A stretch of 64,000 bases of DNA. Origin: Octopus vulgaris. Lineage: Eukaryota. The DNA is taken from positions 31,310,001 through 31,374,000 of the forward strand of contig OX597822.1 of NCBI GenBank assembly GCA_951406725.2, written 5' to 3'. The position numbers and the translations under genes are program-made. The notes under the pieces were generated by a model. That model saw nothing but the letters and a program-made list of their open reading frames with translations, was not told where the DNA came from and searched no databases. This document shows, in pieces, positions 54,160-64,000 of this stretch. Position 1 is the first letter of the stretch. The number at the start of each line of letters is the position of its first letter.

Positions 54160-54437
54160 CGATCATGAATGACCATGGAATTGAACCTAGAAATTTACCG
54201 AGGCACAAATCCGGGAAGACAATTAGTCGCTATGCATAAGAGCCACCCCTCTCTATACCACAGATATTATCTAAAAGAAAATCAAAGGCCGATTCAGCTT
54301 GACGCCAGTGTCGCAGACTCATTTCTACAGTGAATTGGAGCAACATGAAATAAAATGAATCCACAACACATCCCGGTATAGGAACTGAACTTACAACTAC
54401 ATAATTGTAAACTCGACGCTGTAACTACGGAACCATT
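54160..54437 (-). mobile_element. SINE family 3, degenerate
   Basis: Reverse complement of 46170-46478 (gaatgaccatg..ctagaaa..cagcttg.cgccagtg..ctcatttctacag). Confidence 0.75.
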
Positions 54438-56375
54438 GGTCTAAAACGTCACATTATTCACTTCTTGCAGCAACTGAACAACTCGATCTCTTTCTATAAT
54501 CCTATTACCAACTTAGATCTCATGACAACCATATCTGGTGATTTCGGATGCGGTTATCATCGTGTACTAATTTATGATTAATAATTATTTACCGCAGAAG
54601 CATATAGTATCATGATACAGTTGATTAGTCTCTGAGTCTTTGTAATTGGCATTTATCCATTACATTTTATCATTTAGTAAGGCGAAGGTAGCAGTTTTGT
54701 CATTTAGCACTTCCTTGGATCCAGTGGGAGGAGGGCAGCAACATTTCAGCAAATTGGAAACCAAATCTAAATGCGCACAGTACATACACCCAAGGATCAG
54801 GCGGAATGTATTAAGTAATTCGAACGCTTAGACCACAAACAACTGGAAGATATACAGCAAGACCACTCTTCCGCAAGTTTCACAATTCTACTAATCATCC
54901 ACTTTCGCTTGTAAATTTATTTCATTACCCATAAAAGTATGAATGTCAAAGCTGATATAAACGAGATTTGAAGTGAAAGTTTACAGAATGAAAATACAAT
55001 CCACCAGACATTTTGTCCTAAGCTGTAATGATTCATTAAGTTCACTGTTCTTTTGGAGGATGACTTCATTACATATCCAAGAGTTATCTCTTTCGTTACA
55101 TTTCGGCCTCTGTGTCTCACTGGTTTTCTAATTATGATAGTTGCTGAGGATAATTTAGGCATAAGCACCCATACATATGAAAGAGTAACTGGTTTGATTG
55201 CATCGACACCATGTATTTCTATATTAGCGGTATCATAACGATGAAAGATACATATGAACCGGCTGGTACTCGAAATCAGAATGTAGTAACATGTAATCAC
55301 AAATTGTTTGCAATTTAGATGCAAAGCCTGCCGCTTAGAAGGGTGAAGGTAGTTTATACCATGATGTTCAATTCTAGGTTGGTACTTCATTTAAGCAACC
55401 TCGACAGCTGGGAAGGCATATTGACCACAGCGGAATTTGAATTCTGAACGCAAGAAGCTGGAAAGAACTCCACAAAGCACTTTGTATGACACTTTAATGA
55501 TTTTGCTAATCAAACACATTTTTGTAATGCTCGTAATAATGCTTTATAATTTAGACACAAGACCAACAATACTGATAGTAATATTGACTTATGTAATTGA
55601 GTGACACATTATTTTATGACCTCTCGTGTAATTTGAAATCAGAAGAAATAATGACATACCAGAAGTTATTTTTCTCAGGCTATAATGATTCTGTAATCCT
55701 CAAATTATTAATCGCGATTTCTAATATCAATACAAGGTCGCATAATTTCACGAAGAGGCGTAAAGTTGATATTGAAGAAACTTCGGTGCGTGATAAATAC
55801 AGTGATTATTGAGTTGTGGGGAGACGAAAAATACAAAAGTCAACACCGGTGGCATTTGATACCAGGTCAATATAAATGTAATTAAAAAGCAAAGTCGTAT
55901 AATTCGCTGTTCTATTGATTTTGCCCTAACTATGAATTGTTGTCATAAGAATGTATATTTCTAGCATCTATAGAACGTTACACAGTTTGGAAGATAGTTC
56001 ATTCGATGATATTGACTATTGTACTTGACTAGAGAAAGGAACAAAAAGAAGAAAAGATTATCGACTAGAGTAATATAAAAGCGGAATATAGATATTGGTC
56101 CTATTAGAAATACAGTTCAAAAGCTTCTCTACTAGCAACAGTAGCCAAATGTCGCTCAACTGTCGCTCAACTACACTCTAAGAAAAAGATAGAGTGCTCA
56201 CGAATGGAATTTCTTTGAAAGATTTTTAGTGTCAGGTTCAACTTGGGATTCAGGCAACAACTTTATACAAGCATTTGTCCAGAAATATCCATGAACAACA
56301 CATAATCAAATCAGAAATAAATGTTGTAAATATTGTTGGATATATGTTTAAGTTTTTAATTCCTTTTTATGAAGT

Positions 56376-56776
56376 TACTCTCTTTACTCTTTTACTTGTT
56401 TCAGTCATTTGACTGCGGCCATGCTGGAGCACCGCCTTTAGTCGAGCAAATCGACCCCGGGACTTATTCTTTGTAAGCTCAGTACTTATTCTATCGGTCT
56501 CTTTTGCCGAACCGCTAAGTGACGGGGACGTAAACACACCATCATCGGTTGTCAAGCAATGCTAGGGGGACAAACACAGACACACAAATACACACACATA
56601 CATATATATATATATACGACAGGCTTCTTTCAGTTTCCGTCTACCAAATCCACTCACAAGGCATTGGTCGGCCCGGGGCTATATCAGAAGACACTTGCCC
56701 AAGATGCCACGCAGTGGGACTGAACCCGGAACCATCTGGTTGGTTAGCAAGCTACTTACCACACAGCCACTCCTTG
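56376..56776 (-). mobile_element. SINE family 1, full length
   Basis: Reverse complement of the 17418 and 36826 copies. Confidence 0.92.
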
Positions 56777-59080
56777 CTTAAAAAAAGATTATCTATTATT
56801 AACATAAGCACTAAGGATAGTAGATTGACAGAATTGTTAGCCTTTTGGACAATTACCTCCAACTAAATATATTTTGTTACTCTTTTGCTTCTGAGTATAA
56901 ATCTCATGATGCTCCGCATTGCCTTTTATCGTTTCCGGGTCGATGAAATAAAATACCCATGAAATCAAAGATTCGACGTAGAACCGCTATACCCGTAGCT
57001 TCTAAACAAAAATTGGAAGTTTCACATAATGATGACTTCTCTGGATCATAATTATGAAGTTGAAGCGATGTAAATCCTTCGCGAGATAGCCAAAACTAAA
57101 ATTCCTAATTGTTAATGCAGTGAAAAGTTTAGTGCTATGACTATTTAATCATGTCGCTGAGACTGAGGAACGAAGAAATATATTCTGAAATTTTTGAGCT
57201 GATACGAATGATTGCAACAGAGTAGACTCTATAAAAACTTTCAAGTCCCATCTGATGGTACTAAGCCGAAAATGGATGAAGGTTACCACTCAAAGAAATT
57301 AAGACGTGATTTGACCTCAGAACACATAACCAGAACAAATACTGCAAATTTTCTCCACTTAATATTTTCCATAGTCTAACCACCCTGGTGTATTGTTTTA
57401 AAACTCAAAGTCGATTTCAGTGCAACTGTATATTAAGTGTAAAGTTGAATTCAATGGACAATAATGCCGAAAATATCATTATTAGTTTCTTGGTTAAATG
57501 GGCAAAAACTATTATGAATTTGGTGTGCAAAATTTTACTTTACAAAACCGGAATCCTGAAAAATGATGTTGACTAAATTACGTGGGAAAAATATTTTTGA
57601 TGTTCAGTTTATAAAACAAAAATGCACCGATGGAAGCACATTTTCGTACTGCATGAAGATTTCTCAGCAGCGTCACCGCGAAAGCAAATTTATCACGACA
57701 TATATGTATACTGTTGGGAATAAATGCTGTGAATTTTAAGTAAATCGACGAATTCATGTCAGAAAAATACAGTCCCTATAAAGCTAAGTGAAAAGCGTAT
57801 GAGATTTGTTTTCGTGCAGAAGCATCCAAGCCACAACAAAGAAGGTAGAAAATAGCATGCAGTGGAAGAAAAGACGTTATTTGTCATAAGAGTGTTAGAA
57901 TAGAGTGTAAATGAAAACGTATAGATATCGCAATTGAAATAACAAAGAGGAATAAATAGAAATCAAAGCGTATGTAAGATAAGGAATCCTACGAAAAATG
58001 CTAAACTGAATCATGTTTATCAAACCGCCCACGCTTGCTTTTGAATAGAATTCTGTTCTCCTCCATTCCAAAATAACGTTAACAATAACATGATCTAAAT
58101 GAGTTTGATGCGGTTGCAGCAGCAACAATAGATAATTAGAACTCTCAGGAAGTAGTATAACCAACGGGAAGCTTATGAAGGCAGAAATTATGGGAATCAA
58201 CACATAAAATAATATTGGAAATAATTAAAGTAAAGAAATAACAGAGACGACAAATCCAACTGGAAAATATTCAGAAATGAGAAATAGCAAGACTTATAGC
58301 TATCAGAATATGAACATTCCAGTTCTTCTCTTTCAGTTCGTGTTGTATCTCTGCACTGATATTTTAACTAGCATGATAAATATTTTCAACAAACAGTAAG
58401 AATGAAGAACCTGAAAAGATATTGATCGACACATTGAAAAGAAGGGGAAAAGGCTAAATTCTCAAGACTGTAGCGTGTAAAAACAAAGTATACCACAATT
58501 TGAAACTTCAGTGATTATAATATACGCATATTCAATATCGATACACTTTCAAGTGAAGTTAATGTAGAAAATACTTCAAAAAGAGCAAAAACACTTATGT
58601 AAAGCTTGACCTGAAATAAGTAAACTTCCTAACAGTTAATGATCAACAGTTCCATGATTCACTACTCAGGTGGGGCGAGAAGAAGGATTCTAGGAGCATT
58701 GGCCATGGAATGATATACTCCTAATAGCATAAGGAAACTACGACGTTGTACAGAAAATAATCTATGTTGGGAAATGCTAAATATGATCAGTTCTCAAAGT
58801 ACACTAAAAATTTAGCTGTGAAGAAGTAGGGAAATGTAAGGACTATTATAAGTATTGCCAAGCAAGTATATTCTCTAAGAAGAGGGAAGAGGGACACAGA
58901 AAACACTAAAAAAAAGCCTTATCAGAATATGAAAGTTCAAAGGTGACTAGGTTTTTTTTAATTCCACTTCTGTCTGGCACTGATATTTTTAACAGCATGC
59001 TAAACCAGACGAGATGTAGATAAAAGAAATATCAAGCAACGAGCAACTACTCTATACGTACATATGTATGTATCTACGTA

Positions 59081-59215
<135 letters not shown>

Positions 59216-59958
59216 TATACGTATGCACGTACGCTTATGGGAGTCTGTGTACGTATATCTTTCTACATAAACACAACGCATACATGAACGTAAGCACACA
59301 TAAATAATGACACACACACACACACACACATATGAAAGCACATGTGGCTCTTTCTTCCCCTTCTCTCTCTTCTCCCTCCTCCAGTTTCCTCATCTCTCTC
59401 TTTCTCTGTATATATATATATATATGTATATATATACATACATATATATAAATCTTTATGCTTAGTTGGAAAATAGTATTTACAAACTCTATATAGCTTC
59501 ACTTTGATATATGAAGTGATATACAGTTGGTTAATGTGCATCATGGAAATACGACGAAATTATTAGTTAAGCACTGGAAATATCTTGGGAGATAAAGGAG
59601 CAAAGGTAAGAATTTATTAGAGAACCATGCTCGAATTACTTAAGAATTAATTAAATAGAGTACAGGATAAATAACAAAGAGACAGTTATGAGTGAATTCC
59701 AAAGACTTGGTAGAGTAGTGGATAGATAAGAGCTAAGATAATGTGGATCCACACGTATCTCTTTGTGTGGTAAGTAGCAGTTATATAATCAAGAAAGAGT
59801 TAAGGAAACAACTAGCAATTGATAAGAAAATGAGGAATATACCCACGGTTTTTAATGCCTTCTGACAAAAAGGACATGAATTTTAGACTTAATGTGAACA
59901 AAGGAAGTTTTCTGATTTGAGAAAGATATTTTAACACATACACACACACACACACACC

Positions 59959-60015
<57 letters not shown>

Positions 60016-60017
<2 letters not shown>

Positions 60018-60220
60018 TTAATCCAAACATGAACAAAGAGAAAACACAACAACGCGAAGACGTGGAACAAGTATAGTGTTATTCGACGCCCAGGAAAGGA
60101 AAGAAAGAAGGGGAATTTAACGTTTCGAACGGAGTTCTTCGTCAGAAACATAGAAAAAGGAAAGGTCCAAGGAAGAGAAGACGAAGAAAGAAAATCTCCA
60201 ACGATACACACGCGGACATA
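60016..60220 (-). mobile_element. HHR-bearing mini-element family B (HHR 60115-60149, intact core)
   Basis: gttt-CTGACGA-aGAAC tcc GTTC-GAAAC-GTT-aaat; lies between (CA)n and (TA)n. Confidence 0.82.
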
Positions 60221-60243
60221 TATATATATATATATATATATAT

Positions 60244-60648
<405 letters not shown>

Positions 60649-61020
60649 CAGGATGACAAAACACAATAGAGAATAAATCAAATACACGGCAAATAGTTTC
60701 TAAGAGAATCAACATCATATTTTTTTCCCTTTCTTTAAGAAGGCTAATATATGTAAGCCAAAGACTAAGATACGGTGATCAGTCATTTAGAAATGGAATA
60801 CATTAGGATATCACCAGATCGTTTGACAAAGTGTTTTTAAAATTATGATCGAAGGTGTGTATGCAAGAAACAAGTAAACACTTAAAGAAGGATCAGGTCA
60901 TATAACTGAGTTTATTGCTAAATGCAGAATATATCACGGCTATAAAGTAAAGGAGCGAGTAGCATTGATTTTATGAGTCCAGTTATAACCAGAACAAGCA
61001 TCTATATAAAACTATATACA

Positions 61021-61381
61021 GGCGCAGGCATGGCTGTGCGGTAAGGAGCTTGCTTCCCAACCATATGGTTCCGGTTTCAGTCCCACTGCGTAAATGCCTT
61101 CTACTATAGTCTCGTGCCGACCAAAGCCTTGTGAATGGATTTGGTACAAGGAAACAGAAAGGAGCCCGTCGTATAAATAAATACATAAATAAAAAATAAA
61201 AAATATATATATATATGTATATACATATATGTATATACATATATATATATATGTATATATATATTTGACGGATATTTGTCCTCATCTTCTTTGTTGATAT
61301 ACCCTCCAGCCTTCATCAGGTGCTTTGGGTAAATTTCGAAGCTGGATTCTCATTCCTAAGGTATTTTCGAGATTATCATTA

Positions 61382-61412
<31 letters not shown>

Positions 61413-61539
61413 TTTATTCAGGTCGCTGCTTGGAATCGAACTCGGAATCTTGGGGTTAGTAGCCCGAGCCCTTGAGAATTACGCCATATGCCCGTGTAAA
61501 TAATGCACATAATTCCTCATCTCTTAAATATAGAACTGC

Positions 61540-61595
<56 letters not shown>

Positions 61596-61875
61596 GTGTA
61601 TATGTATGTGTGTGTATGCGTGTGTGTGTGTGTGTGTGTGTGTGTTTGTGAGTGTGTGTTTATGTGTGTCTGTCTTTGTCCACCGTGCCATCGTTTGACA
61701 ATTCCTGTTGGTGTGTTTACGTACCCGTTACTAGTGGTTTGGCAAAACAGACGGATATAATAATTACTAAGCTTACAAAGAATAAGTTCTAGGGTCGATT
61801 ATTTCTAATAAAGGCGGTGTTCAGCAAGGCTGCAGTCAAATGATTGAAACAACTAATAGAATAAAAGAATAGAAT
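61021..61875 (+). mobile_element. SINE family 1, split by a nested insertion
   Basis: Head at 61021-61172; 3' half at ~61655-61875. Confidence 0.75.
61262..61496 (-). mobile_element. tRNA-headed SINE family 4 with a truncated hammerhead-like tail
   Basis: Minus: GGGCATATGGCGTAA..GAGTTCGATTCC head, (AAT)n, then cac-CTGATGA-aggctggagggtatatca; the GAAA half is missing. Confidence 0.7.
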
Positions 61876-63072
61876 AACAGTGTAGGAGATCCACGCTAAC
61901 CTTATGTATTAAAAGATAAGGACAATAAAAGCGTACACTGCAGTATTTTCAGAAAATGGCGAATGGATCATAATTTGAAGTATGCTGCCAATAGAGTATA
62001 CTAAAGTGAAACAGATCAATGGATGAAATATTATATAATCGATGTATCAGTTAGGCTGATGACAGTGTAACTGTATAAAATAATGGGTAATGCTTTTGAA
62101 CTATTCTCATAATGTTTAACATCACAGGTTTAATTCTTTTTTTCAACCATGAATAAAGGAAATGCGATATCGAGGATGGCGGACGTGAAAGCTAACGAAG
62201 AACTATATAGCATAATATGGCAGGGTATAAGGGTCACTGCACAGTCAATCCAGATGCTCTTCAAATTTATACAGTGGAGCAGTAATCCTGAAGTTAGTGA
62301 GTAGTCTGTTTCACCGGAACCAACACTTGGCCAGTAGTACATTTATTGTCACAGGAGAATCAAAACTGAAAGACAGATAAAAGAACGGAGAGCGCTTTAT
62401 TCCATGCTCTAATGATATTGCCAATTCATCAAGCTGATAACAGCTGTTCAAACATAGGTATAATACTGAAATTTGTGTAAGAGTGTTAGTGAGTATCCTA
62501 GACCACAGTACATACCGAATAATTTATTTATCGAGCCAAAAAATTTAAAGGCAAACATGATCACTCAATGATCTAAACTCATACAGAAATGGCCGTAACA
62601 AGAATACGGCAGCTTACGCAATCTCGTATTGTTAATTCTGAAGCTGCAGGACATCTGGAAATAACAAGAAACTGACACAATTGATAATAACAACAATAAC
62701 AATAATAACAACAACAAACTCATAGAATATTTCTTACATCATTATTATTTTTTGTTTATCTTTAATCAAATGTAAACAAACAGTTACTAGATCCTGATTT
62801 CAGTAACACGTCGTATGTAGACAATTTACCAGTATCGGTTACTTTAAAATTGTCCCGTGAATCCACATTTCGAGTTCTTTGTAATTTTTTTCATGTAAAA
62901 CAAAATAAAGATTGTATTAAATAATGTTTATTAGCAGTAATTAGATTCATGTAAATTTTTTTCATTCTGTAAGACAACATACTAGAGTCTGAATCGATAA
63001 AACAAATGGTCATTGTCATCACGTTATGGAAAACTAATTATATTCACATATACATACATATATATGCCAGTA

Positions 63073-63122
<50 letters not shown>

Positions 63123-63123
63123 A

Positions 63124-63164
<41 letters not shown>

Positions 63165-63201
63165 CATTCATGTTCATGTATATGTCTATGTATAAATTTC
63201 T

Positions 63202-63246
<45 letters not shown>

Positions 63247-63536
63247 TGTGTATGCATGTATGTATATATAAACATACATAAAATATGTACATGAATATAT
63301 ATATAAATCAACGCACACACGAAGCCCATACTCACACGCATATATATGAATGAAGTGCATGTGTTATGGTACTTATTTCATCGTCTTGAAATGCATCCTC
63401 CAATGTATTCTTTCTTCATTTTACTCATTCATTGAAGTAATGTGTATCAAAAGTATTCAAAGAATTTGATTTATTGTATGTATCTGAATAGACGCAGTAT
63501 GATAATTAATTGTTCTGTTTTAAATTGTACGTAACT

Positions 63537-63575
<39 letters not shown>

Positions 63576-63911
63576 GGTAAAATTGTATAAGATATATTTG
63601 CTAGTACGTATATTTTTCTGTTATATATACTTATAGATATTATAAAGAGATATATTGTGTAAACAAATACACACATGCATACACAAATACATAAATGTAT
63701 GAATGCATTATATATCTATGTATGCATATATGTATATATATATATATGTATATAAATTTATATAGATATATAAATATATATGTAGCATGTATGTGTGTGT
63801 GTGTATATATATATTACGATAAGGAGAGAGAATGAAAGAGAGTGATTTATCAATGGATAGGCAAACAAAGACTAAAAGACTACTGAGATATACAGACAGA
63901 AATGTACGGAA

Positions 63912-63972
<61 letters not shown>

Positions 63973-64000
63973 TACATAGGTTTTTATGCATGAAAAGTTT

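Noticed and set aside
54917-55390. 157-aa minus-strand ORF
   Set aside because: No recognisable domain; overlaps a decayed SINE fragment.
58300-59005. Partial direct repeat (tatcagaatatgaa..gcactgatatttt..agcatg) at ~58300 and ~58920
   Set aside because: Short, patchy similarity in purine-rich decayed sequence; cannot be assigned.

Overview
AT-rich, microsatellite-laden animal DNA. It is most consistent with an octopus/coleoid cephalopod intron or gene desert, an inference from the tRNA-headed SINE families and abundant (TA)n/(GATA)n tracts. I found no host protein-coding exon, rRNA, true tRNA or CRISPR array. Most listed ORFs are microsatellite or antisense artefacts. The recognisable content is decayed mobile elements: an R4/Dong-type LINE 3' end, a Naiad-like Penelope (PLE) GIY-YIG fragment, a Gypsy gag-protease with LTR, mariner/Tc1 elements, CR1-like LINE tails, RTE pieces, Helitron-like ends and several SINE families. 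The most striking signal is about 11 type-I hammerhead ribozyme (HHR) motifs, some intact and some degenerate. They sit in short non-coding, microsatellite-associated mini-elements and in divergent palindromes, with stem covariation between copies. Also notable: a 167-bp near-perfect inverted duplication, a LINE/SINE shared 3' stem-loop, and one SINE head carrying three different tails. All calls were made by eye; no alignment, folding or database search was run, so boundaries are approximate.
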